Counted from the first letter of the stretch, positions 12,190-26,329 are shown. The stretch: 64,000 bases of DNA from Octopus vulgaris (GCA_951406725.2 OX597832.1:41540001-41604000); one strand, 5' to 3'. The notes: generated by a model not told the origin, from the letters alone. Program-made: numbers and translations.

Positions 12190-12425
12190 ACTCGCCTGGC
12201 CTCCGGCCTCGCCTGGCCTCCATGCTGGTGGCACGTAAAAAGCACCATCCGCTCTTGGCTGTTTGCCAGCCTCATCTGGCACCTGTGGAAGGGCATCCAG
12301 CCGTAGAAACATTGCCAGATCAGACTGGGCCTGGTGCAGCCTTCTGGCTTGCCAGACCCCAGTTGCACCATCCAACCTAGGCCAGCATGGAAAGCGGACG
12401 CTGAACGATGATGATGATGATGATA
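12190..12425 (+). mobile_element. SINE family C
   Basis: GGAAGGGCATCCAGCC core, one 62-bp-type unit, (GAT)n tail. Confidence 0.8.
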
Positions 12426-13042
12426 ATACTAAATTTTTCAACCAACTGAATATACTGGGTTTATCTCTCTTGTTTTGTTGTTTTTAGATTTCAAACAGCT
12501 TTGGAGGGAAGTTTTTGTCTAGCAATTGCTTGGATAATTTCATTTAAATAATCTTTTTCAATGCCCTATATTTACATGTATGAGACCCTACTATAGTTGC
12601 ATATTGGACAATGTAGCCCAGGACATAAAAAAGACAAAATGATCAAAACTGAAATGCCTCTGACTGACTCGAGGTCTACTCAACCAGGGTTAAACTAAGG
12701 CTACAGCAGCAACAGCAAAACGAGCCACTAATCTTTTAGGATTCAGATTACTTTGTCAAATTTAATATTTATTCACATTGTTTTCACTTAATCATGCATA
12801 ATCTTGTAGCTTCAAGATTTTGATGATGCGACTGAATATTTCTAAGATTGGTGATTTGTTGTGCAAATCACTGTTCATACTAATGGTGCCATCTGTCTGC
12901 AATCTTCCATGAAAACATGTCCGGTGAATGAGCTAACTGTTGTCTGCAAGACAAGGAGGAATATTGCCTTCAGAGAAAGGTTGGCAATAGAAAGACCTCA
13001 ATAGGTTATGTTTGACTGATACAAGAATGAAAAAATGGATTT

Positions 13043-13271
13043 TTAACCCTTTAGTGTTCACATTATTCTGCCAAAATTAATGCTTTTTTATCCACATTGT
13101 TTTGAACTAATAATGCATTATCTTGTAGCTATGAGATTTTGATGAGGTAGCTGTTAATTTTCAAAACGATATTGTAGGGTTGGTGTGAGAGACCAGATCT
13201 GGCCAGTTTGGACATAAAACAGGCAGAATACTTTTGGTCGGATATGGCCGGTTTAAATGCTAAAGGGTTAA
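13043..13271. mobile_element. piggyBac-like MITE (family P2)
   Basis: TTAA-CCCTTTAG ... CTAAAGGG-TTAA; related split copy at 49693-50350. Confidence 0.8.
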
Positions 13272-13875
13272 AATGATGATATATACACCAAAATATATTT
13301 TAGTATCATTATAAACGAATTTTAGGTTAAGACCTACATTTAGCATAAAAATAAACCTGGCATGTAATTGAAATATCATTGTTTAGGGTGAAATAACATC
13401 CAAAATTGCAGTGTATCAGTTGTCAGAGATGTTCTTTGTTAAATTTGTGTTTCAACTCAAAACACATAAGAGGGTAGAGTTAAAGATATGTAATTAGCAT
13501 GTCATAGCAATGTCATAAGCCCCGATGGTATATATCACATTTGGCAGACATCAAAGAGATGAGTTGTAGGTCTACTCTCTCTCTCTCTCTAAATTAACCA
13601 TAGGAAATATTTGAAGGAAGGAAGGACTGAAGCTGCCAGTAGTGTTTAAAGGATTCAAGAAAAGGCCAGTCGAGAGAGTGGGGTGCCTCTAGTTGTGGTG
13701 ACACAGAAATAAAGGTCACAGTGGAGGAGGCTGTTAGTGTAGAGTGATGTATGTGGATTAATGATAAAGCTGAGAACAATTGTTTGTGTGTGTGTGGGTT
13801 AATGTAGTGATGCACACAAATTAATGATATAACTGAGAACAATTGTTTGTATGCATGTATGGATATGTATGTATG

Positions 13876-13906
<31 letters not shown>

Positions 13907-14084
13907 ATACACACACATATACAAATACATGGAGGGTGGATAATGTTTAGCAGGACAGTATATCTGTCTAGCACTTGTACTCATACTTCCACCCACATAT
14001 ACAAACATAGACACACTCTACAAAGTATGACATCAACAGTTCCATCATAGAGATTATTACATCATTGACATATATATATATATA

Positions 14085-14205
14085 AAAATACAAAATGGGA
14101 CAAGAACGCAAAACATTCAAATAGACGACACAAAAAACGGACGGGTAATTCGAAGCCTCTAATCTTCAGTCAAGAACTGGATCATCCTCGCAATTTTGGC
14201 TGATT
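14085..14205. repeat. Interspersed repeat in (TA)n, related to 31225-31400
   Basis: Shared GGGACAAGAACG...TTCGAAGCC...ATCTTCAGTCAAGAAC...ATCATCCT. Confidence 0.7.
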
Positions 14206-14856
14206 ATATATATATTGGGTGGTACAGAAGTATTTTTTGACTTCTGTAATTAGCGATATAGTAACTCATGTAGTACCCTTGTGTATATATGTACATATCT
14301 AATATTGTATATATATATTTTATTAATTTGCCTGTATGGCTAATAATTTGCTTACCATTTGTGATGGTATTTTAATAATACCATCCCTATATTTATATAT
14401 ATATATATAGTATGTTTAGGTCAGTGTAGCTCCACAATGCCTTATTTCAACACTGAGTGAGTGGGGTAGGGGTATAACAGAGAAGGGGAATCCACAACTC
14501 CTAAGAATTTATATCCAACCCTGTTTACATTTTCCCTTACTTTCCCTAATTCACAACATTTCTTTTCATTTTCGTACCAGAAACCACTTTGTATTCCTCC
14601 TTCACCATGTTGTATCTGCATAGAGAGAGTTGAACTCCACAAGCTAGGTAATGCAAAACCTCTCAGTACCATACCGTTCCCACTGATTACAACATTGAAA
14701 AATACCACTTTGTGAGATATACATAGTATCATGTGGGTCTTTACTAGTGGAAGTAACAGGTAGCTTCAATGAAAGAAATGACTGTATTTGGGAAATTTAA
14801 ATTAGACTGGAATCCTGTTCAACCAGCTATTCAACCAGTTGCAAGCAAGTTTTTCC

Positions 14857-14892
<36 letters not shown>

Positions 14893-15354
14893 ATGTACAT
14901 ACATGTGTGTATATATAAGTTACATGTGTATATATACTAGAGAGAGAGGGGGAGGTAGGGAGTGTTTCATATATGGCATTTATCAAAATGTTTGATGTTT
15001 GAAATTGCTGGCCTTGTGCCAAAATCATCATTATTAAGTGCTTCATGCATTGGCATTTAATAAAAATAATAAATAATAATAGTAATTTCAAATTTTGGCA
15101 CAAGGCCAGCAATTTCAGTGGAGCAGGTAAGTCATTTGTTTCACAGGTCTCTCTATCACAATATAGTTGACACCACATTTGAACCATAGTCTTCCCAGAT
15201 CTATTTTAGTTATATTCCATATATATATATATATATACATATATACATACATACATATATACACACACACATTTGCATTGTTTTATCTTGGATGTATTGA
15301 ATTGAATAACCATATTCTAGTTTCGATTTTCTACTTTTATTCTCATATAAACAC

Positions 15355-15745
15355 AGGCCTATCTGTGAGATAAAAAGTTTGCTTCCCAACCACATGGTTC
15401 TGGGTTCCGCTCCACAGTGTAGCACCTTGAGCAAGTGTCTTCTACGACAGCCCTGGGCCAAGTAAAGCCTTGTCAGTGGATATGGTAGACAGAAACCGAG
15501 AGAAACCCACTATATACGTGCGTATGTATATCTGTGAGTGTCTTTGTGTTTGTCCCCCGACATTGATTGACAACCAATGTTGGTTTGTTTACATATCCCA
15601 TAACTAAGCAGTGAGGCAAGAGAAACCAACAGAATAAATATTGGGCTTTAAGAAAAATAAGTACTAGTGTCAATTCGTTCAACCCTTGAAGGCAGTGCTC
15701 CAGCACAGCTGCAATCTAACAAAGTAAACAAGTTAAAGATAAAAG
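15355..15745 (+). mobile_element. SINE family A, diverged
   Basis: Homology to family A consensus across head, core and tail. Confidence 0.8.
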
Positions 15746-15984
15746 ATATTTGCATAAAAAATTTTTTCAACTAGTTTTTAAAGGTAAGGTTCTTAAATTT
15801 ATAATCAGCATTTTACACCAAAGATGGAAAAAAATGTATATATGATTTCGGAGGTAAAATCTCTACTGAGAAGAACGATTAGATTCTCTCCAAAGTGAAA
15901 CACTAAATATATTGACTTGAGTCAAAAGTTTTGCAATATTTTGGTAACCTATTAGCTTTATTATCAAGTCAAAACAAAAGCAGC

Positions 15985-16085
15985 CTAGCATCCAAAATAG
16001 GACCCATTTTGTTGCACCATCTGAGCAATCTTTCTACCAGTTCTTTGATCCCACACCGATACCAGTTTTTGCCCTTCAGGATGAA
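15985..16085 (-). mobile_element. mariner transposase C-terminal remnant
   Basis: KGKNWYRCGIKELVER.. homologous to the plus-strand remnant at 16790-16850. Confidence 0.7.
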
Positions 16086-16277
16086 TAACTCCTCTGGAGT
16101 TATTAGACCTCCTCTTGGTTGATGAACCATAATGGAACAAGTAATAATCCAAGGGAGATATTTTCCCCACAAACCTAACATGCATGAGTGGTTAAGTAAG
16201 GGCCAGCGCTTGGAAACTGCCACCAAACATGGGTGTTTCAAACACAAGGTGATGTGTCTGATACAAGGTGATGCTCT

Positions 16278-16432
16278 GCACGTTCTGAGTTCAAATTCTG
16301 CCGAGGTCGACTTTGCCTTTCATCCTTTTGGGGTCGATTAAATAAGTACCAGTTACGCACTGGGGTCGATGTAATCGAATTAATACGTAAGTCTGGCCTC
16401 TATGTTTAGCCCCTTGTGGGTAATAAAGAAAT
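16278..16432 (+). mobile_element. SINE family B, 5'-truncated
   Basis: B-box, core and tail match 7528-7760. Confidence 0.82.
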
Positions 16433-16499
16433 AGAAATAGGTATAAAGGGATAATTCATGAAAAGTTTGTTCTGGATGGTTGAATGATTGATGCCAGCC

Positions 16500-16862
16500 T
16501 GTATCCTGAATAACTGGAGCATATATATGTCACCGTGCACCAAAAATGCCTGGCATTGGTTAACAGGAAGTGAGCTCTTTTACAGCAAGACAGCGCATTA
16601 CCTCATACTGCTTGAACAACCCAGAATAAACACCAGGAACTTGAGGAAATCAAGCTGATGCCACACCCATCATATGATCCAGACCTAAGCTGCCTTGGAT
16701 TATTATTTGTTCTGATCCATATCTCACTTCCTGTGCTTTCAATGCTCCATCAACCAAGAAGAAGTGGAAGCTTCAGTGAAGGAGTTCTGCACTACAAAAG
16801 ACAAGAACTGGTATCACCATGGGATCAAAGAACTAGCAGAAAGGTGGCTTCTATTTTGAATG
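16500..16862 (+). mobile_element. Decayed mariner transposase (catalytic C-terminal half)
   Basis: LLQQDSALPHTA, MPHPSYDPDL (cf. LPHPxYSPDL), VEASVKEFCTTKDKNWYHHGIKELAERW. Confidence 0.8.
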
Positions 16863-17061
16863 CTTAGGATACAAAATGAGGCAGTAAATGTCAACATCAC
16901 TTCATCCTCAAGATGAAACTAGGATGATCTAGAAATCCTCCTGATGGATTTAAGAACTTTACTGTCCCAAACATATTGCAAGAAACCCTCACATAAATAT
17001 GAAAAACCTCTATAAAAAACATAAAATTAGAGCATGTATTCAATACACAAACAACATACAT

Positions 17062-17283
17062 ATCATCATCATCATCATCGTTTAACGTCCGCTTTCCATG
17101 CTAGCATGGGTTGGACGGATTTTGACTGAGGGCTGGCGAACTAGATGGTTGCACCAGTCTCCAATCTTGATCTGGCAGAGTTTCTACAGCTGGATGCCCT
17201 TCCTAATGCCAACCAATCCGAGAGTGTAGTGGGTGCTTTTTACGTGCCACTGGCACGGGGGCCAGTCAGGCGGTACTGGCAAC
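17062..17283 (-). mobile_element. SINE family C
   Basis: Homology to other family C copies. Confidence 0.82.
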
Positions 17284-19136
17284 ATTATTATTAATAATAA
17301 AATACAATATCATAAATTCATATCTGCCACTTTACTAATTAGTTTCATACCAAGAGTTGAGATAACCCTGACAATCATCAGAAAAAGCTGCAAGAAATAA
17401 TACAAGGAGAATTTTTTTACCCACATACTTAATTACTGACCTAGTTGGTTGTCAGCAAATCTCTGTTTATGCATAATCAGAAATAGTGATTAATTAGAGT
17501 TTTATATAAATAGCCTTAAGCGATAGATAAAAGTGAGTATATTAGCCTCCAAAGAGAGTCTGAACCAGGAATGAAACTGGCCAGGCCAATCACCCTTTAT
17601 TCAGTCTGAGAAATGAGAAAAAGGCACATGTTTACATTTATCAAGCGTATTTAAATTTGCACTGCTTGTCTCAGGTATACTCTATAATACACTTTCATTA
17701 CAAATACACAAACACTATATTTATGTTCACTCCTGCTCACAAACACATTTGCGCATGCGTGTGTGTGGGCATGTACAGATGTTTAATAGCTGAGGGTATG
17801 CAATTTAGACTCTAAACTTGGAAAATGCGGGAAAGCAACCTGTTGAAAGAATGTTTGTGAAGTGGTTTAGTATTTCAACATTGAAGCTATAATGTCAATA
17901 GTTCACCCTAACTGAATACTCCACAGAATGGAACCAACGAAACGGTTTTCAACCACCCACATCTCAACAGATATAGTAACTATTCAAACTAACAAGGTGA
18001 GCATCTACATTCTATGAACCTACTAGAAATAACAGCCAAATCACATCAAAAATTATACCTCATTGTCTTAAATATCAGGAAGGTCACATTAGATAATGGA
18101 GTCAGAGTTATTCCCAAACAAACAAGATGGTCATGGATGGGATGCTTTTTGTTATAGGTCTGCTTAATCTCTGGCTAAACAACAACAATACAGCAACTGT
18201 TCTAATGGCAACAGTTATTCCTCACCTCCTTGCTGTTATGTCATGCTAGTGTTATTTTATTTCCACAGCAAGCTGTATCATTTCATTATCTTTTCTCGCA
18301 CAACTACAAAAGGCCAATTTATCTCATGTTCAGAATAAACCTAAGCTACCTTACTTCCTCCAAACACCTTCTTCTCCTTGTCTTTCACCTTCATTACATC
18401 TCACTCACTATCTATTAGATCCATACTAAATATTTTCCAAGACAGAAATACATTTCCCTAGCACTCTTATCTTACACATATTTTGTCATCAACCAGCTCT
18501 GAAATTATACCTTAACTACACTCTTATCTTAACCCTCTCCAGTTAAAACAACCCCATGTGCATTGTACTTCTATTCAAGAATTAATTATTGTTAATGATG
18601 AGGTACAAGGTGAGTTCAAACTATCATTTTACATTGCTTCTGTCTGCATAACTGTGGTGGGAATAACTGCATGATCACCTGGGAATGCTGCCTGCAACAA
18701 ATTAGCATTCATTACAGGTGAAGATGTAATGTATCTCATTCACTTAATGAAATGCAATCTACTCTCAAAGCCCTCCAGGACATTTTGTTAAAAAATTTCT
18801 TCAAGGGTCTTCAAGACTGATGGGAGAGAAGAAAAAATCCTCAAACCAGAGAGCTAGCTTGAATGCTTATAACAGGGCCGAGTCCTTATGGAGCAAGTGG
18901 AAATATCTTAACTGATTCCACATTTGATTTGGTCTAACCAGGAACACAAAAGTGAGATGGGGATGTAATATGGGATATCCTTTCTGTAACTGAGGAACAG
19001 TTCAAACCCCCAAATCACTTACTGGTTTTACCATTATTAGATGCCTCTTGTGTTTGGATGATTTGAGAAATGAAAAAGAATTCACAAGACTGCATAAAAC
19101 AGAGGAAAGATTTTATGTAGATACAAAATAATAATG

Positions 19137-19520
19137 GGTGGCTGTGTGGTAAGTAGCTTACTTACCAACCACATGGTACTGGGTTCAATCCCACTGCGTG
19201 GCACCTTGGGCAAGTGTCTTCTACTATAGCCTCGGGCCGACCGAAGCCTTGTGAGTGGATTTGGTAGACGGAAACTGAAAGAAGCCCGTTGTATATATGT
19301 ATATGTTGTGTATCTGTGTTTGTCTCCCCCAACATCACTTGACAACCGATGCTGGTGTGTTTATGTCCCCGTAACTTAGCGGTTCGGCAGAAGAGACCGA
19401 TAGAATAAGTACTAGGCTTACAAAGAGTAAGTCCTGGGGTCGATTTGATTCGACTAAAGGCGGTGCTCCAGCATGGCCGCAGTCAAATGACTGAGACAAG
19501 TAAAAGAGAGAGTAAAGAGT
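19137..19520 (+). mobile_element. SINE family A
   Basis: TGGCTGTGTGG A-box, GGTTCAATCCC B-box, CCTTGGGCAAGT core, tail GACTGAGACAAGTAAAAGAG. Confidence 0.9.
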
Positions 19521-20041
19521 AATCAGGGCAGCAAAGCTAGGGCGAAAAGACAAGTCAGATGTCTATAAAAATATAACAACAAATATATAAATAACCTTAA
19601 ACTACCACAGTATCTGGACCAGTACATCAACTGCATGTTTGTTGAGAGAGAAAAAAGGCATTTTCCTGTTCTATTTCTTTTGGGGCAACATTTAAAATTT
19701 TGCAGCTCATGTTTTAACAACACCAGTATTACCGGCTGAGTCAATAAGATGAAGCTGACTGTTTGAGATGGTGACTGGTACCTAGGACCAAAACAATTAT
19801 CTATCAATGGCTCTATCAATGTAGCAACAACAAGGCACTGTGGATGGTAAATTCATCACCATAAGCAGCAAGGAGGCAGTATAATTGATTTCTAACATAG
19901 ACACAAAGCTTCAAATTATGAGATTGGATGTAGTCGATTAGCTTGATGTTTTATTCACCCAGAAAGGATGAATAGAAAAGTCAACTTCAGCAACTGATGG
20001 GAGATTTGTGAGATGACATTGCTAAGTTGAAATCCTTCTAT

Positions 20042-20250
20042 TTAACCCCTTCGTTACCAATCCGGCTGAAACCGGCTCAGGCTCTTTAGTACAAATGTCT
20101 TGTTTACATAAGTTTTGAATTCAAATCTTCCACCAAATCTTAGTCACAAATTATGGTAACAATATTATTTTACTAAATTCTTTGTTATATCTAAAATAAT
20201 TGGAAGAAACACAGAGCATCTCAAAATAAATACAGTAACGAAAGGGTTAA
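20042..20250. mobile_element. piggyBac-like MITE P1
   Basis: TIRs and TTAA as in 273-500. Confidence 0.85.
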
Positions 20251-20734
20251 TATCAGACATGGACTGATGTTCTACCCAAGGTAAAAATTATTTCTTGACT
20301 GCTCATTGCTAAGAAAACCTGGAATAAAAGATCCAAGGGAATCTCTGTATTTCTACTCAAAGAGAGAGAGAGAGGGGGAGGAAAAGAGGAGAGAGAAGAG
20401 ACAAGGAGGAGGATGGGAAAGCAAAAACAGGAACAGGAAAGAAGTTGAGGGTGAGGGTGGTGTAGTTAACTCAATGAAGATATTGAATCTAAATTAAAAT
20501 CTGAAAGCTGATGATAAATTAAGAGTATCTGTTTGTTTAATTTAATTAAAGAGATCAAAGAAATGTGGAAGGAGAGAAGGCATAATAGGATAGTTCTGAT
20601 CCAAACAACGAACTTCCCACAATCACCACCACTGAAACACTAAATCTACATACATACATACATGCCTCTTTTATACATTTATATTGCTGTATGACTGGAG
20701 ATATATACAAATAAATACATAGATATTTATATAT

Positions 20735-21058
20735 TCTTCTTTCTTCTTCTTTTTTTAGCGTCCGTTTTCCATGCTGGCATGGGTTGGATGGTGCAACTGG
20801 GGTCTAGGAAGCCAGAAGGCTGCACCAGACCCAGTCTGATCTGGCAATGTTTCTATAGCTGGATGCCCTTCCTAATGCCAACAACTCCATGAGTGTAGTG
20901 GGTGCTTTTTACGTGCCACCGGCACGGGGGCCAGACGAGGCTGGCAAACGGCCACGATCGGATGGTGCTTTTTACATGCCACCGGCACGGAGGCTAGGCT
21001 AGGCTGGCAACGGCCACAATCGGATGGTGCTTTTTACGTGTCACCGGCACGGAAGCCA
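20735..21058 (-). mobile_element. SINE family C with ~2.5 internal 62/63-bp units
   Basis: Homology to 55763-56340. Confidence 0.82.
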
Positions 21059-21619
21059 TATATAAATATCATCATCATTGTTTAACGTCTGCCTTCATAT
21101 CATACACACACGTGTATAATGAAGTGTTAAAATAATGCCATATTTGTCAAACTGGGTTCTTCTTGTGTTGGCCTTCTTTAATGTTTAAATTATACACACA
21201 TACACATGTAAAAAAAAGATACAGTTTAACTGAGTTAAGACATATTACAAGTTTCGCAACATCTTGGATGTTGTTTGTCAGGCCAAGTGTTCAATATAGA
21301 TGTTGTTAAACAAGTAGTATGTCTTAATGCACTTAAACTGCAGGTATCTTTTCGTACATACCTTGTGCACTAAATAATACTGGGTGATTCACTTTTATAT
21401 ATATGCATGCATGTAGGTGTATAATACCATCAACTTTCTATGCCCACTTTCCTGTGCTGACATAGGCTGAATAGCTTCTCAGGGGCAGCGTTTTATGGCC
21501 ATTTACCCTCACTGTGACCAATTCTTTTAGTTGCCTCATAATGCATGCTGGGACTTGGTATACTTGTTCTAATGCCAAAATATGCATAATATATATATAT
21601 ATATATATATACATACATA

Positions 21620-21945
21620 GGTGCAGGAGTGGCTGTGTGGGCAAGTGTCTTCTGCTATAGCCCCAGGCCAAGACCAATACCTTGTGAGTGGATTTGGTAG
21701 ACGGAAACTGAAAGAAGCCTGTCGTATATATGTATGCGTGTGTGTTTGTGTGTCTGTGTTTGTCCCCCTAGCATTGCTCAACAACCGATGCTGGTGTGTT
21801 TACGCCCCGTAACTTAGCGGTTCGGCAAAAGAGACCGATAGAATAAGTACTGGGCTTACAAAGAATAAGTCCCGGGGTTGATTTGCTCGACTAAAGGCGG
21901 TGCTCCAGCATGGCCACAGTCAAATGACTGAAACAAGTAAAAGAA
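21620..21945 (+). mobile_element. SINE family A with internal deletion in the head
   Basis: TGTGG joined directly to GCAAGTGTC; remainder matches consensus. Confidence 0.88.
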
Positions 21946-22169
21946 GAATATTTATATATAAATATAATGTATATATGCATTATATATATAATAATAATAT
22001 TAGGGAGTATAGCTCCAAACTTACAGGGAAAAATTCAATTTAGTATTAAATCAAATTTCACAGTATAAATATATAAAATATGAATTAGAGATAAAAACCA
22101 CTATTATGCAACAGATGGTCTGAAATTAAGATTGAGTACAGCAAGCCTTGCATGTGATGTACAAGCTAA

Positions 22170-22517
22170 GTAATATTTTGGACATCTTAAAGCGTATACA
22201 GTTTCATTCAAGATGATCTAGATAATGCTTATATACTTACCCAAAATAGTGGGCCAAAATACATTAAGTTTCTTTTGATGTTGTAGATGAATGTATAGAC
22301 ATCCCTCCCAGTTATAGAATCAATGCAATTAAATATTAGTTAGAAACATACAACTATGAATAACCAAAATACATTGTAAAAGATTCTATCTTTAATGGGC
22401 TTAGATTCATATTACAAAATAATTCCTTTAAATTTGATGAAACAGATTAATGGCTAGCTTTAAGAACTGTGATGGGTACTATAGTAGATCCTACATATGC
22501 CAACTTAGTGATGGTAT
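22170..22517 (+). mobile_element. Penelope-like element reverse transcriptase remnant
   Basis: SFDVVD ... LRFILQNNSFKFDE ... TVMGTIVDPTYANLVM, matching the PLE RT motifs SxDVxxLY and GxAMGxxxAPxxANLxM; contains stops. Confidence 0.8.
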
Positions 22518-22524
22518 GCTATAC

Positions 22525-22900
22525 TCTCTTTAACTTGTTTCAGTCATTTGACTGCGGCCATGCTGGAGCACTGCCTTTAGTCGAGCAAATCGACCCCGGG
22601 ACTTATTCTTTGTAAGTCCAGTACTTATTCTATCAGTCTCCTTTTGCCGAACCGCTTAGTGACGGGGATGTAAACGCACCAGCATCGGTTGTCAAGCAAT
22701 GCGAGGGGGACAAACACATACATATATATATATACATATATACAACAGGCTTCTTTCAGTTTCCGTCTACCAAATCCACTCACAAGGCATTGGTCGGCCC
22801 GGGGCTATAGCAGAAGACACATGCCCAAGATGCCACGCAGTGGGACTGAACCCGGAACCATGTGGTTGGTTAGCAAGCTACTTACCACACAGCCACTCCA
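22525..22900 (-). mobile_element. SINE family A
   Basis: Near full-length match to consensus. Confidence 0.9.
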
Positions 22901-23180
22901 TCACCTATATATATATATATATATAATGATTTTTAAGAGCAAGTAAAATCATAAGATTTTACATTGTCATTTCTCCAAATTTCACATTACCATTTCTCAA
23001 TATTTAAACGCAGCAATATGAAACTCAGCATAATGGCGTTAAATCTCATTTATTATTGCTGTTTTATTAGCTCAACCATATTATATACATATATATGAAG
23101 CAAAGTAATGCGTATATACATGTGTGTATGTGTGTGTATGAATATATATATATATATGTAGTAGTTCACCGACTACTCAC

Positions 23181-23284
23181 CGAGTTAGACAACAGCCTGT
23201 GGGAGAAAGAGTCCACAAAATATTGAATATTGTCACAGGTGTTAGTGTGGCAGACATGAAGAAGGAAGAAGAGTGGATGAATGG
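23181..23284 (-). other. Candidate internal exon (104 nt, possibly 5' UTR or start of CDS) of a minus-strand gene
   Basis: Acceptor TTTTGCTGTTTTTCTTCAG and donor CG|GTGAGT around unique sequence; two frames open, one with ATG (MSATLTPVTIFNILW...). Confidence 0.5.
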
Positions 23285-23424
23285 CTGAAGAAAAACAGCA
23301 AAACACAAAACTTGGTAAGGCTAGTAGATTTCTACCAAACAGGTTCCAGCGGGGGAGAACGAAAGCCCCTTTTATGTTCAGTTGAAAGTTTATATATTCA
23401 TCATTAAATGGATATATATATATA

Positions 23425-23522
<98 letters not shown>

Positions 23523-24059
23523 GGGTTGATGGAGAAAGGGGTTAATAAAGAAATAAACAAGACCTGGTTAATGGAATTTTCATTTCTTTTTTTTTTTCTT
23601 CCTCTACTCCACTATTACACCTGAACCCCCCTCCCCGGGATAACTAAAGTGGGTGAAGCAAAGCTGTTAATTAATTACCTTTAGCAAAAGGTAACTGACT
23701 AACCTTTTCACTTGATAACTGGTTTAAACAAAACCAGATACCACCACGTGAACAATCTACAGATGTCTGTCTGTGTGTAATTCTTTTTATCTTAGACTAG
23801 TTTTAGCTGTCCAGCCCCAGGTGGGCCCTGTGCCCCCCCTCCCCCCCCAAAAGTGACATGCCATTTGTCAGATAAAGTTTACTCGGATTACATTATCCGA
23901 TGTGTTTATCCATTATTCTTTTCAAAGATGGTAGTATGTGATTTGAGGAAGATGTGGCTATCATATCTAGCAGGTTGACCAGCTGAGCAGAACTTCTTTT
24001 GTTTGACTTGACATTAAATTTGTTTCTAACACAGACACACACAGGGGAACAACAATGAG

Positions 24060-24460
24060 ACATCTATGAGGTCACTGGATTTGCTGGAAGCAGCAGTCAA
24101 ATCTACTTCAAATCACCAACCCGACCATCTACAAAAAGAGAAAGACACTTTGGAAAATGCTGTCTAAGATATGTCTAAATAGATGTGATAGTCATGACTG
24201 GAATGTCTGATCAATGGTCTACTCATTCAGCACACACCTCTGGCTAACCAGCAACAACAATACAGGAGATTGTGTGGTTGTTAAACTTGCTAGAAATAGC
24301 AGCCAAATTTCACTGGATATTAAACTCTACTATCCTAAAAGAAAGGAAGGACATGGGTAAAGTGATCCTCTATATACAATAAAATGAGATGGTCATGGCT
24401 AGAACACCTTCAAACATTTGTCAGCTTGTTCAGAGCAGACTTGAGTCTAAACAACAACGA
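24060..24460 (+). repeat. Two tandem copies of an ancient ~200-bp interspersed repeat
   Basis: GCTAGAAATAGCAGCCAAAT...GATGGTCATGGCT...CTAAACAACAAC motif; decayed copies also near 120, 8730-9340, 18010, 42880, 55500, 63800. Confidence 0.6.
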
Positions 24461-24664
24461 TATTAAAAATATGGAAATAATAATCTAAGGATCCAAAGAC
24501 TTAATAAAATTAATTGGCTATTTTTAAGAATAAATGGTTAATTAGAAATATAATAGACGAGTTTGTTGTCCATTTAAGAGGGTATAATTGAACAATGACA
24601 GGTTTTACTGTCAGAATACAATATGATTGCATACTATCACAAACTTTAAGGATGGTAGAGAGAG

Positions 24665-24894
24665 TGGAGCTGGCAGAAACGTTAGCACGCCAGGCGAAAT
24701 GCTTAACGGTATTTCGTCTGCCATTACGCTGTGAGTTCAAATTCCGCCGAGGTCGACTTTGCCTTTCATCCTTTCGGGGTCGATAAATTAAGTGCCAGTT
24801 ACGCACTGGGGTCGATGTAATCGACTTAATACCTATGTCTGTCCTTGTTTGTCCCCTCTGTGTTTAGCCCCTTGTGGGTAATAAAGAAATAGGT
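24665..24894 (+). mobile_element. SINE family B
   Basis: Full-length match to family B. Confidence 0.88.
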
Positions 24895-25254
24895 ATTGCT
24901 GCCTTGCCCCCTGGCATTCAGCATTTAAGTGAAGGGAAATGGCTTTGACCCTATGTGAAAACACTCGTGGACTCTGCTGAACTCTATAGTTAAAAGCTTC
25001 AAACACACATGATTTACAGCTTTAATGGGACTTTGTGGCACCCTGTGGCACTCTGACCTTGCCGAATGTCTCAAAGCTACCCCGCCAGATCAATGAATCT
25101 GAAAAGAGACAGAAGCTCTTGTTTATAAGGAATTTGCAAACAAAATTATTTGCTGATGTGTGCAGATGCCAGCCAAACAAATAATAATTTACAGGGTACA
25201 TGCAGAACAGCAAGAACTCAAATAATAAGATATTTATCCATTCTTAATATCGTC

Positions 25255-25284
<30 letters not shown>

Positions 25285-25288
<4 letters not shown>

Positions 25289-25535
25289 TTGCTATTATGT
25301 CAAATTGTTGTTTGTCCAAATTTGGTCAAATGCGTTTTTTTTTTTTCCCAATATTTATTTTTGCTTGCAATAACCGGTTCTTTGGGTCAAACTATTGTAT
25401 CTCCAGCTGCTTCAGATGCCAAAATATCAAAAATTGTCAAACAACGGTTTTGCTATGGAATGGTGGAACTATTTTTTTCCTTTTCTGAAAAAGGCAACGT
25501 TTGGACTTACGACATTTCTGCAAAATCGCAACGAT
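25285..25535. mobile_element. MITE with TCGTTGC termini, copy 1
   Basis: ATCGTTGC...GCAACGAT termini next to (TA)n; homologous to 28177-28418. Confidence 0.75.
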
Positions 25536-25819
25536 CGATCGATAGATAAATAGATAGACAGATATGCGCGCGTGCATATATATTATTCACAAACGCGCGC
25601 ACACACGCAATAAAGCCTTCATTATATCTGGTAGAATTGGTATCCCCCTTTGATGTCTTATATTGTTAACCAGCCAGGCAGTCTGCTAATTCGCTTAGCC
25701 GCAACACCATCGCATCTGTCTGTACCTGTCTACCCGACTACTTACTCATCTACCAACATTTCCATCCACCAACAGACTTCGTAAAATACCTGGTAATCCA
25801 ACTCTATATACCTTTCGTC

Positions 25820-26060
25820 CACCTTTGTATCCAATCAGCTAAACCCGCCCCCTCTTATATCCACTGTTTATTGATCACCGTTTCGGTTACTCTTACCTTG
25901 TAATTTTCTCCAAGCTAAAGCACCAAGGTCATTACAAGCGCACAGATGGGAACCACCACGAGTAGGTGTGGTCTCACGTGAAACTAGAGTGTGTGCATGT
26001 GTCTACAAGTCGACCAATCCACACTCGCTTCGGCAAACGCACCTTCTTTTCCTTACGGTT
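25820..26060 (-). promoter_or_regulatory. Candidate alternative first exon/promoter
   Basis: Minus-strand donor AAG|GTAAGA (exon end 25897), E-box CACGTG at 25975, CCAAT motifs near 25831 and 26014, CpG-rich context. Confidence 0.35.
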
Positions 26061-26329
26061 TTAGTTTACCTTGGCGGGCAAACAACAGATTGTATGAACA
26101 TGGGAATGGAGAAGAATTCGGTTTCTTTGGTATAATAAACAAACAATATCCATACGCAGCTACTTGCGGCTAATAGACATAACAACAGTATTCTTAGTTA
26201 CTACTATTATGCGACACACACTCAGCCACTGTGGAACAATAGATATCACAACAGCTAATTAATATACCCAATCCATTACTGCAGGATATTTAAACAATAT
26301 GTCCGGTCCGTTAGGATAATAAACACAAT

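Noticed and set aside
14581-14647. Possible plus-strand 67-nt exon with good acceptor and AG|GTAATG donor
   Set aside because: Isolated, peptide unrecognisable, opposite to the inferred host-gene strand; not supportable from sequence alone
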